Both the position numbers and the translations under genes were made by a program. Positions 21,958 to 30,874 of a DNA stretch of 64,000 nt are shown one piece after another (positions within the stretch are counted from its first letter, which is position 1; each line of letters starts with the position of its first letter). Source of the stretch: Escherichia phage vB_EcoM_CRJP21. A model generated the notes under the pieces. The model saw only the letters and a program-made list of their open reading frames with translations. It did not search any database and was not told where the DNA came from. The DNA lies in sequence record OQ708376.1. The stretch is one strand, 5' to 3'.

Positions 21958-22353
21958 TTATAAAGACGATACTGAATATGTTGCCATTCTGTTATTACTT
22001 CTTGCATCGAATACAATAGTAAGTTCTTCTAATGTATCCAATACTACGTACTGTAATACAATATTCATTTGGTATCCATATTCTATTCTTGAAATTTGCA
22101 ATTTCTTAAGATTTAAGCGTGGATCTAAGCTAATTATTCTACGGGCATCTGCTTCCAAAAGGTTGATAGTATTATAACCTTCCAATTCAAACAGCAAATC
22201 CCATGCAATAAAACCATAGTCAGCATCAAATGCTCTTTCGCCTTTTTTTGTATTGAAATGATTCATTAAATCTTGGCGAACCAATTCACTATCATACAAT
22301 GTTTCAGTTCTACCCACTACTGGGGTAGAAAAACCTTTAAAAACAACTGCCAT
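21958..22353 (-). CDS. Baseplate wedge protein, gp25 / GPW-like
   Basis: 131 aa, size and pattern (KGERAFDADYGF...DLLFE) resemble T4 gp25 lysozyme-fold wedge protein. Confidence 0.65.
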   Translation of the reverse strand: MAVVFKGFSTPVVGRTETLYDSELVRQDLMNHFNTKKGERAFDADYGFIAWDLLFELEGYNTINLLEADARRIISLDPRLNLKKLQISRIEYGYQMNIVLQYVVLDTLEELTIVFDARSNNRMATYSVSSL

Positions 22354-22368
22354 TGACTATTTCCTTTA

Positions 22369-22857
22369 TTATACGGATTCAACAATACGTGCCATCTTTT
22401 CCGCTCTTGAAGTGGTTTGTTTATACCATGTACTATCACGCAATTCCTTACCAGCAGTTTTATAATCAGCCTTACCTAATGCGGTCATTGCTTTTTTAAA
22501 TTTTAAAACTTTGGTTTTTCCCATCTGGAATACCATCAACCATAATACACGTTGAACCTGTACAGGTGCGGTCATACCAAATTGTTCATAAATTGATTTT
22601 GCATCATTGTACGCAGTTTGAGCATCTTTAAGAAGAAGTTGGTCAGCTTGTGCTTCTGTTAAACCATTCTTGAAATTTTCACCAGGTAAAACTAGGTGAC
22701 CATAGCCAATAGTATCAAGACCTAAGCTGTCTTTATATACCCAAAACTTATCATTTTTAAAATAACCAAGTTTTTTCTGATAAGCAATAGTTCCTTCAAA
22801 TTCTTTAATTTCCTTAAAAAATTGCTCATCTGTATTTTTAATTTCCCATTTACTCAT
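22369..22857 (-). CDS. e: T4-type lysozyme (likely endolysin)
   Basis: Matches T4 lysozyme by eye: catalytic E...EG and D...TIGYGHL, MVFQMGKT, and the C-terminal W-Y-x-Q-T block. Confidence 0.85.
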   Translation of the reverse strand: MSKWEIKNTDEQFFKEIKEFEGTIAYQKKLGYFKNDKFWVYKDSLGLDTIGYGHLVLPGENFKNGLTEAQADQLLLKDAQTAYNDAKSIYEQFGMTAPVQVQRVLWLMVFQMGKTKVLKFKKAMTALGKADYKTAGKELRDSTWYKQTTSRAEKMARIVESV

Positions 22858-22893
22858 AAAGATATCCTCGTTTTATTTATAGTACTAAAATAT

Positions 22894-25557
22894 TTATTGA
22901 CATGCCTCTAAACGACGAGCCATTAACTCAGCACGGCGAGTAGTTTGGCGATACCAAGCTGAATTACGTATTTGAGCAGCAGCTTGTTTATAATTACCTT
23001 TAGCTAATTCAGACAACATAGTTTTAAATTTAAGTACCCCACCTTTACCCATCTGGAATACCATTTGGCATAGTACTTGTTGAGCCAAATAAGGTGTTTT
23101 CATGTTGTATGAAGCATAAATTGATTTAGCATCATATATAGCTTTACTACTATCACGAACTAACATATCGTTGGCTTGCTGTTCAGTTATTCCATCTGAA
23201 AAGTTTTCACCACTAATAATTAAGTGACCATAACCAATAGTTGGATACCCACGACTATCCAAATAACGCCAGAATTTACCATTACGATAATATCCTTTTG
23301 CTTGTTGGTATTGTAATGTACCTTCATATTCTTTTAATTCAGAAATAAATTGTGCATCACCTGGAACAACTTTCCAATCGATTGCAGTTTTATCAACATT
23401 TCCAATATTATAGGTAGGTTGCTCCACCGGAGTTGTTGAAGCTCCACTTCTCTGTGTTCTTCTCCTACGAGGCACATGACGAGAACCACGTTGAGAATAT
23501 CCAGTACCTATCGTTTTGATTTTTGTTGTAACTACCAATTCATCACTATCAACTGAAGGTTGTACAACTGCTTTTGGAGCAGATTGATTAGTTGCTTGAC
23601 CACCAATTAATGTTTTATTCGCCGCATCAGACCCTGTTCCTGTTTGTGAAGCATAAAATAATCCTGGGTCAACAGAACCACTGAATCCAAGAACATTTGC
23701 TGATGTAACACGAATTTCAAACTGTATGACACCATTTGCTTTTCCAACAACTTGACCTTTTTGAACAACATCTTTGTTTAATAAATCAGATTGAATATTA
23801 TAAAAAATAGATTTATATCCAGACTTATGTTGTATTAAAAGAGCACCATTAGTAATTACTACCACACCACCATCTGGTGCAACTACATCACCTTTACATT
23901 GTATTTCCCAACCTGAACGGTCTGCCTTTCCTCCACTTTGTGTTGGAACACCTTTCCCCCAGTAACCATATTGTCGAATAGTACCGCTACATGGCATTAA
24001 CATATGTAAACCTTCATATGTAATACTATATCCAGTCATCCCAGGATCAGATGTCATCAAATCTTGTGATTGAACTTGTTCAGTTTCTGATGTATAGTTA
24101 ACAAACTGAACAGCTTCAGTGTCTTGTGCTACGGGTAATTCTGGTGATACATCATTTGCTGGTTGTGGTTGTACTGGTGATTCACTAGAACCACTTCCAC
24201 CACCTTGTCTTGGTGGTTCAACATAACTACCATGATTTTCAGCGTTAACCCATGCAGCAATATCATGAATGTGTTCATTAAGACCAGCAGATGGTGTTCT
24301 AAAGTTTGGTGCAGTAAATTCAGCAGTACCGCTATTACCACCACTATTAACTGTTAATGTTTGACCACCACCACTAATAATTGCTGATGATGATCCAATT
24401 AGGTTTGCAGATGTTGCGGCAGAAATAGAAGCATTTGAACCAGCCGTAATATCAGTACTGCTACCACTTTGCATACGTAATGATGCAGCAGTAACTAAAC
24501 GAAGGTCTGCCCCAGAATTAACAACAACTTGTCCACCAACTTTTGCATCAAGAGCACCAATTAGATCTAATTTAGTATTTGCACCAACTCGTGCATTGAA
24601 ATCTTGTCCGGTTTCAATATTATATGAACGTCCAGCAGTAATATTAATATCTTGACCAGCACGAATATTAATATTCTTATCACAGTGCATGTCAATATCA
24701 CCTTCACCAGTGAATTTTATACGTGCAGTGCCATCACGATTAATTAAAAGAACATCACCAGTAGCTTCTGATAAAAGAAGTTGTGCACCACTACGTGTTT
24801 TTATTACGACACCTTCATTTTTACGAGAACCAACACGTGTATCGTTTACTGGGTTATTAAATTGTGTATCTTGATATCCATCTGGGTCTTGATCCCACGT
24901 TGGTGCTGTTAATTCCTCTTCAGTATATCCATCATCAATAATAAAACTATTACCACGTGGCGAAGACATACCATATACAGTACTGGTGGTTTGTCGAGTA
25001 CTACTACGATTCGCCAACCCAGCTTCTTCGTCATATAAAAGGTTTTGCTTTTTAAGACCTGCGATAATTGGAACGTTAGCATATTTGTCTTGCATATCGG
25101 TAGTGATAGTGTTACGATCATAGTCAGTAACAGGAAGTGGCATATCAGTTCCACCATAATTACTTACTTCAGTTGCCATACCTGGAACCATCGTATTCAT
25201 ACGCTGGTCATATACACAACCAATCCAATATGCTTGGAATGTACGGGCTTGTGCAAAAATTACAACAACTGTACACCCTACGTCTGGTGGTACTGCCCAA
25301 AAACCGTATCCTTTTGGATATTGACCATATGCATCAGCACTTGGAATACCTGGTGTTTTACCAGCAAAAGGAGACATGTAAGATGCTTCTATCCATGATT
25401 CTTTTGAGTTTTTATCACTTTGAGAACCTTGTATCCAAACTTTCAGTTTTCCTGATTTAGTTGGATCTCTGTTATCCATAACAGTTGCTAACTGCGGATA
25501 AGATGGGTCAAAACGACCCAACTGCTGTTGTGCATACTTTTTACTTGTATCTGCCAT
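22894..25557 (-). CDS. Baseplate central spike protein, gp5-like, with beta-helix repeats and a C-terminal T4-type lysozyme domain
   Basis: N-terminal gp5/VgrG-like OB segment (KVWIQGSQ..., GYGFWAVPPDVGCTVVVIF), Gly/Ser/Ala-rich beta-helix-like repeats mid-protein, and a C-terminal domain paralogous to the adjacent lysozyme (TIGYGHL, MVFQMGKGGV, W-Y-x-Q-T). Confidence 0.75.
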   Translation of the reverse strand: MADTSKKYAQQQLGRFDPSYPQLATVMDNRDPTKSGKLKVWIQGSQSDKNSKESWIEASYMSPFAGKTPGIPSADAYGQYPKGYGFWAVPPDVGCTVVVIFAQARTFQAYWIGCVYDQRMNTMVPGMATEVSNYGGTDMPLPVTDYDRNTITTDMQDKYANVPIIAGLKKQNLLYDEEAGLANRSSTRQTTSTVYGMSSPRGNSFIIDDGYTEEELTAPTWDQDPDGYQDTQFNNPVNDTRVGSRKNEGVVIKTRSGAQLLLSEATGDVLLINRDGTARIKFTGEGDIDMHCDKNINIRAGQDINITAGRSYNIETGQDFNARVGANTKLDLIGALDAKVGGQVVVNSGADLRLVTAASLRMQSGSSTDITAGSNASISAATSANLIGSSSAIISGGGQTLTVNSGGNSGTAEFTAPNFRTPSAGLNEHIHDIAAWVNAENHGSYVEPPRQGGGSGSSESPVQPQPANDVSPELPVAQDTEAVQFVNYTSETEQVQSQDLMTSDPGMTGYSITYEGLHMLMPCSGTIRQYGYWGKGVPTQSGGKADRSGWEIQCKGDVVAPDGGVVVITNGALLIQHKSGYKSIFYNIQSDLLNKDVVQKGQVVGKANGVIQFEIRVTSANVLGFSGSVDPGLFYASQTGTGSDAANKTLIGGQATNQSAPKAVVQPSVDSDELVVTTKIKTIGTGYSQRGSRHVPRRRRTQRSGASTTPVEQPTYNIGNVDKTAIDWKVVPGDAQFISELKEYEGTLQYQQAKGYYRNGKFWRYLDSRGYPTIGYGHLIISGENFSDGITEQQANDMLVRDSSKAIYDAKSIYASYNMKTPYLAQQVLCQMVFQMGKGGVLKFKTMLSELAKGNYKQAAAQIRNSAWYRQTTRRAELMARRLEACQ

Positions 25558-25570
25558 AATATTTTATTCC

Positions 25571-27820
25571 TTAATCAACTATACTATCGTGACGTTTGAG
25601 TGCACGAATTACAATTGCAGCTTGAATTTGTTGTGTAAAAGAACCACCTGCACCAAAATCATGAACAATTTTATTAACACGATAAATTGTTTGGTTAAAT
25701 GTGGTTGGTGTATTAATATCCAAAACACCAGTGTTATCATTTATTGATATTACTGGTTGTAATTTTAGTAATAGATACGCTTCAGATGTTATATAATTTG
25801 CTACATGATAATCATCTGGGTTAATTTCCATATCTTCACCATTAATTACTTGTTCTAGATATTGTAAGTAAGAGTAATCACTCCACCCTAACCAGTACGG
25901 GTCGCCTACTACACGCATATCGAGTTTACACAAAAAAGGTCTATTGTAATAGTTGTCACGTATTTTACGTCTATCCATTTCATATGTGCTGCTGTTATCG
26001 TTTAACGAAGCGGATAAAGTTGTTTCATTGTTAGTTGCTTCAGTTGGCATTGTGAACACTTCACCATAACGGTGACCAACACCATCAGTACCGCCATCGT
26101 TTTCTTCATAAGTGGTTACATAATCCTCAATATATTGAGGTAAAACATTGACTTGATAGTTATTATAACGGTCTTGTTCTTCTGCGTTACCAACCTGCAT
26201 TTGATTTTTTGCTAAAGTTTCAACTTCAGTTAACAATTGTTGTTGGGCTTGTGTTAACATCCCTCCTAAATCACGAGTTACACGTAAATCACTTGTTTTT
26301 GCCCATGCGTCTGGTATACTATTGTATTGTACACCTTGAATATTGAGTTCTTGGGATGTATGTGTACCTGCATGGTTCGCTACATCTTGTATCGGACCAG
26401 GGTTACGTGTAGTGGCTACGAAAAATTGCTGATCAAATTTCAAATCCAAATCAAGTATCTCACTATTAAGCCCACTAAATTGATAATTATAAGTTTTCAT
26501 GTTTATTTTTGGTTTTTGATCATTAGGATCTACGTATTTTTCTGCGTTCTCAAAAAAGTACTCAAATGTGAAATTTTCAGGTTGTAAATCCGATTCATGA
26601 ACAATATCACCTATTTTAAATCTAACAATATAAAAAATTACTTTATAAACAGAAGTATTACGATAATTATCAAAACCAACGTATTGTTTAACTGGTATAA
26701 TGTTTACAAATTGACGCACACTAGTACTATCATCGGCTTGTACAGTACATGTATCAATAACGTCATCAATAATTCGAGATATAGGAGTACTTGGGTTCCA
26801 TGAAAAGTTTTTAGAACCTTGTGCACCACTTTTAGTTGTTCCGGCCTCTGCCATTTGTTTAGAATCATAGTTTATAAACAAATCTTGCAAATCAGGTGCT
26901 ACTTTAAATTCGAAAAATTTACCTTCGGATAATTCACCAAATTTATATCTAAGATAACCATATTGTTGGTCAGCCATCTGATTTAATTTATCTTCTAAAT
27001 CAAAGCAGAAGTCACCAAAGTTTTCAGCAGTACAATTGAATGGTTCTTTTAAGGTCCATTCAATGTTATCAACTAAAGCTGCTCTATTATGAACTAAGTT
27101 CATAGTATACATCATAGTACTACCACTTTGTGAAGCACTTGCAGTAACACTATTAATTTTAACTGACCAGCGTCTTGTTGTTTCTGGGATAATTTCAGGT
27201 ATTCCATTTTTATTAAAGCCAATAAACTTTAATTCCAAGATCAATGGCAAGTCCATAAATTTATGATATCTAAGTTTGTTACTTAACGAAATTAATTCAT
27301 CATATAGACTCATACTATTATTTTCAGACATATTAAGTACTGCTGTATTAAAACAATAGTTTGTTGTCATTCCTGGTGTTGAAGGTCCAGCTTGTGTCAT
27401 TTGTACACTAGTGATATTATATTTGCCAGTAACACCACTTTCTGATATCACATGTCGTTGCACTTCTGCATCTGGGTAAAGCCAAAAGTTTTTAAAATCA
27501 TCTTTATCTAAGGCAAATAAACAAAAGTGCCAAGTTGGGTTATCATATTTCAATAATTTATTGTCATACGGTATTACAAACTGACTTAAATCGAGATCTT
27601 CATAAACTTGATCAACACTAGCACTTTGTTTTGGTAATGATACTACATTACTTACATTTGCTTTGTAATTATTTTTTGTAATAGTTTTTACATCATTTTG
27701 TAATGTATTTGCTGTAGCTTTCAAACTATCAAGTGCATTAGATGTGGTGGTTTTAGCCTTACCAGTAATACTTGTAATATCATTTTGAAAATTATCAACT
27801 GTACTTCGTAAATCTGCCAT
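25571..27820 (-). CDS. Hypothetical baseplate-associated protein (749 aa)
   Basis: Large ORF directly upstream of the gp5-like spike gene in the same operon; no motif recognised. Confidence 0.45.
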   Translation of the reverse strand: MADLRSTVDNFQNDITSITGKAKTTTSNALDSLKATANTLQNDVKTITKNNYKANVSNVVSLPKQSASVDQVYEDLDLSQFVIPYDNKLLKYDNPTWHFCLFALDKDDFKNFWLYPDAEVQRHVISESGVTGKYNITSVQMTQAGPSTPGMTTNYCFNTAVLNMSENNSMSLYDELISLSNKLRYHKFMDLPLILELKFIGFNKNGIPEIIPETTRRWSVKINSVTASASQSGSTMMYTMNLVHNRAALVDNIEWTLKEPFNCTAENFGDFCFDLEDKLNQMADQQYGYLRYKFGELSEGKFFEFKVAPDLQDLFINYDSKQMAEAGTTKSGAQGSKNFSWNPSTPISRIIDDVIDTCTVQADDSTSVRQFVNIIPVKQYVGFDNYRNTSVYKVIFYIVRFKIGDIVHESDLQPENFTFEYFFENAEKYVDPNDQKPKINMKTYNYQFSGLNSEILDLDLKFDQQFFVATTRNPGPIQDVANHAGTHTSQELNIQGVQYNSIPDAWAKTSDLRVTRDLGGMLTQAQQQLLTEVETLAKNQMQVGNAEEQDRYNNYQVNVLPQYIEDYVTTYEENDGGTDGVGHRYGEVFTMPTEATNNETTLSASLNDNSSTYEMDRRKIRDNYYNRPFLCKLDMRVVGDPYWLGWSDYSYLQYLEQVINGEDMEINPDDYHVANYITSEAYLLLKLQPVISINDNTGVLDINTPTTFNQTIYRVNKIVHDFGAGGSFTQQIQAAIVIRALKRHDSIVD

Positions 27821-27831
27821 ACGTTACTCCA

Positions 27832-28146
27832 TTAGCCTATGTTTCGAGTACCATTAAGATAATTCTGTACTCTTTGATTTGCTGGTATTCTAATTGTTAC
27901 TCCACTTTTAAAATTATATATAGGATCTTCTCCTAGTATGTCTGGATTTAACAATGCGAAAATATAATATAAGCGTTCATTACCATACATTTCGTATGCT
28001 AAACGCCAAGGTTGATATTCATATTTCAATGGGATCTCATAAAAATCATCAGTATCAGCCGGAACAATATCACGTGGTAAATTATACCCAAGATACCATG
28101 TTTGTTTCACCTTAGCGTAAGGTGAGTATTGACTATAGTTGGACAT
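27832..28146 (-). CDS. Hypothetical protein (104 aa)
   Basis: ORF whose start overlaps the stop of the upstream gene, within the baseplate operon. Confidence 0.45.
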   Translation of the reverse strand: MSNYSQYSPYAKVKQTWYLGYNLPRDIVPADTDDFYEIPLKYEYQPWRLAYEMYGNERLYYIFALLNPDILGEDPIYNFKSGVTIRIPANQRVQNYLNGTRNIG

Positions 28147-28877
28147 TAAATGAATCCTCCTTTACGTAATAGTTCACCACGTTTGAATGCATTGAGGTTG
28201 AACGTTTTAGTCATATAATCCGATGTTGGCTGTTCTTCAAGTTGTAACATAACTGAGATTTTTTGTGGAACCCAAACTTCATCTTGTGGGTTCATATATC
28301 CAGTACTTCTAAGTTGTTCGAAGAATTTTCTACTATCCATGTCGGATAAATTAAAAGTACTATCGCTACTATTCAACGGAACTTGAATATAAGAAACATC
28401 ATTTGGGTAAGTAAAATTATAAGATTTTAAAATAACAGGAATATCATTATATGTATAACGACCATATCCACTTAGAAGTAAGATTGGTGGTGGTGCACCT
28501 GCAATTGCGAGTTCGGGGTTATTAGCCGAAGCAGCTTGTCTACCAAAATCCATCAACGAAACAGAACGTATAAAATGAACACATGCCAACGCATACATAG
28601 CTTCTGCTGCTGTATTCGCATAAAATTCACCCTGAATCGTGAAAACTGTATTAGTAGTGTTCTTATAGTTGTTATAGTTACTGTTAGTATGTATAGGGGA
28701 CTGTGTTTCATACTGAATTGACCTTTGTTCAGTAATTGTTGGTGTTACAGTCCAAACCAACCCATTAGTTGGACGCAGAAACGAAAGTAGAGTTGGTTCG
28801 GAGCTATCTCCAAAATCACCATATACATAGTTAGCACCTGCGGCTTTAGGTCGTAATCGAATTCTACGATCAATCAT
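28146..28877 (-). CDS. Hypothetical baseplate-associated protein
   Basis: ORF track gives 28146..28967 with a TTG start; the first ATG (28877) has a GGAG RBS and leaves the divergent gp55 promoter intergenic. Confidence 0.45.
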   Translation of the reverse strand: MIDRRIRLRPKAAGANYVYGDFGDSSEPTLLSFLRPTNGLVWTVTPTITEQRSIQYETQSPIHTNSNYNNYKNTTNTVFTIQGEFYANTAAEAMYALACVHFIRSVSLMDFGRQAASANNPELAIAGAPPPILLLSGYGRYTYNDIPVILKSYNFTYPNDVSYIQVPLNSSDSTFNLSDMDSRKFFEQLRSTGYMNPQDEVWVPQKISVMLQLEEQPTSDYMTKTFNLNAFKRGELLRKGGFI

Positions 28878-28922
28878 CTTTTTGATTCTCCATAATAAGG
28901 GAACATTTGATGTATTTATACG

Positions 28923-28951
28923 TGGGACAAACTGCTTTTTGGTGCTATAAT
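28923..28951 (+). promoter_or_regulatory. Promoter: TGGGAC, 17-bp spacer, TGcTATAAT
   Basis: TGGGAC at 28923-28928, TATAAT at 28946-28951 with TG at 28943-28944; upstream of the gp55-like gene. Confidence 0.5.
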
Positions 28952-29008
28952 AACATTGATGGTACAAGGATTGTACCTATTGGATTTAAACATGGAGAGT
29001 AAAATACA

Positions 29009-29848
29009 ATGACAAATAGACCAAAGCGTAAAAAGTATCTCAATAATGCTGATTTACTTCGTGAAATACAAAAAAGTAAAATTTCATATTGCTGGTTATT
29101 AGACAAATCATATAGTATGTATGATTATATTGTTTTTCATGAGTCAGAAATTACTGCTGAGTTACTAGAAAAAGCTAAGGCAGCACGAATTAAACGACTG
29201 AACAATGAAATGCTTGATAGTATTCGTGAAAAGGAAAATATGAGTGCTAAAAAAGCTAAAGAATATGCAGATGAACACAATTTAGTTATCACTGACGTTC
29301 CAATTGATGAAGTTGTTATTCGTGTTATTACAGATGAACATATTCCACCAGATACTAGAGTTAACTTTGAACCATTCAAGCATTATATTGTAGATAATGA
29401 AGGTATTCTCTATGAAGTTTGTCGTTCTCACTGGAAAGGCGACCTTGAAACTGGTGAATTCAGTACTGTTCATGGTAAAATTACAAATGAACTAGGGAAG
29501 ATGTTCATTAAACTTGCTGAGGAAATCTCTCATAAATCTAATTACAGAAACTATACATACTTAGATGAAATGATGGGTGATGCAAGAATACAATTAGTTA
29601 AAAACGCACTTCTCTTTAAAGAGAGCATTCTTTATAAAAAAGATAAACCAGCAGTTCAGCTAAATCCTTTCTCTTACTATACATCATTCGTAAACAATAG
29701 TTTTCGTTCTATATTGAATAGTGAGAAAAATGTTCGAAATATACGTGATGATTTACTTGAAATGCATGGCTTTACGCCATCACATACACGTCAAATTGAA
29801 ATTGAATTGAACATGATTGAAAGGAAAAATGAAGATGGCTCTGTTTGA
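29009..29848 (+). CDS. Late-transcription sigma factor, gp55-like (with extra internal segment)
   Basis: N-terminus (KKYLNNADLLREI) and C-terminal block (F..YT...DEMMGD..., NPFSYYTSFVNNSF) align by eye with T4 gp55; sits just upstream of gp47 as in T4; 279 aa against 185 aa in T4. Confidence 0.55.
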   Translation: MTNRPKRKKYLNNADLLREIQKSKISYCWLLDKSYSMYDYIVFHESEITAELLEKAKAARIKRLNNEMLDSIREKENMSAKKAKEYADEHNLVITDVPIDEVVIRVITDEHIPPDTRVNFEPFKHYIVDNEGILYEVCRSHWKGDLETGEFSTVHGKITNELGKMFIKLAEEISHKSNYRNYTYLDEMMGDARIQLVKNALLFKESILYKKDKPAVQLNPFSYYTSFVNNSFRSILNSEKNVRNIRDDLLEMHGFTPSHTRQIEIELNMIERKNEDGSV

Positions 29849-30866
29849 TAAAGCAATTACATTCACTGATATTCACTTAGGTTTAAAGAATAACAGCAAG
29901 CAACACAATGAAGATTGTTTAAACTTCATTAAATTCATGATTGATGTAGCTAAAAAAAATAATATCAAAGTTTGTGTTTTTATGGGAGATTATTTTCATA
30001 ATAGAAGTAATATCAATATTCAAACACTAAACTATGGTTTACAAATTCTTCAATTATTAAATGATAATTTTGAAAAAGTATATTTTTTAGTCGGCAACCA
30101 TGATATGTATCATAAAAACAAACGTGATATAACAAGTATCAATATGGCTCAAGTTTATGAAAATATAGAATTCATTAATGAAATTACAACCTTTGATGAT
30201 TGTACTTTCATTCCATTTATGATTGAAGATGAATATAAGTTGTTACCTCAACTAAAAAGTAAGTATGTTTTTGGTCACTTAGAGTTACCAGGTTACTTGC
30301 TTAACAAGATGGTAGAAATGCCCGATCATGGAAAAGAAACAGAAGGTTCTTTTGGTGGATGTGAGTATGTTTTTAGTGGACATTTTCATAAACGACAGTC
30401 AAAAACAACTTCAAAAGGAACTCGTGTAGTTTATACTGGTAATTGTTTTCCACATAATTTTTCCGATACATGGGATGATGCAAGAGGTGTGATGATTCTT
30501 GAACATGGAAAAGAACCTATTTTCAAGTCATGGGATAATGCACCAAAATATAGAACATTCACACTTTCTGAATTGTTGACTGATCCAAGCTATTATCTAC
30601 AAGATAACACAATATCAAAAGTTCAAGTTGATATATCAATAACAACTGATGAGATTAGTTTTATTCGTGATACATTTACTAAACTTTATAACATTAGGGA
30701 GTTTAATGTTGTAACTAGCAAGCAAAGTATTTCAGAATTAATCGAAGATGGTGTTAGTTTTGAAAGTACTGAATCAGTTGATGAGATAGTTTTACAGCAA
30801 ATTATGGAAATTGATTCACCAATGTTTGATAAAAATCTTCTAATCCAAATTTACAGATCGTTATAA
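29835..30866 (+). CDS. Mre11/SbcD-like recombination nuclease, gp47-like
   Basis: Phosphoesterase motifs DIHLG, GDYFH, VGNHD, GHFH; paired with the downstream Rad50-like gene. ATG at 29835 chosen over the track start because of the AAGGA RBS. Confidence 0.8.
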   Translation: MALFDKAITFTDIHLGLKNNSKQHNEDCLNFIKFMIDVAKKNNIKVCVFMGDYFHNRSNINIQTLNYGLQILQLLNDNFEKVYFLVGNHDMYHKNKRDITSINMAQVYENIEFINEITTFDDCTFIPFMIEDEYKLLPQLKSKYVFGHLELPGYLLNKMVEMPDHGKETEGSFGGCEYVFSGHFHKRQSKTTSKGTRVVYTGNCFPHNFSDTWDDARGVMILEHGKEPIFKSWDNAPKYRTFTLSELLTDPSYYLQDNTISKVQVDISITTDEISFIRDTFTKLYNIREFNVVTSKQSISELIEDGVSFESTESVDEIVLQQIMEIDSPMFDKNLLIQIYRSL

Positions 30867-30874
30867 GGGACTAT

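Noticed and set aside
23950-24350. Active M23 (LytM) peptidase domain within the gp5-like spike
   Set aside because: The beta-rich pattern is M23-like, but the HxxxD and HxH zinc-ligand motifs are absent, so at most a degenerate fold; not annotated as an enzyme.
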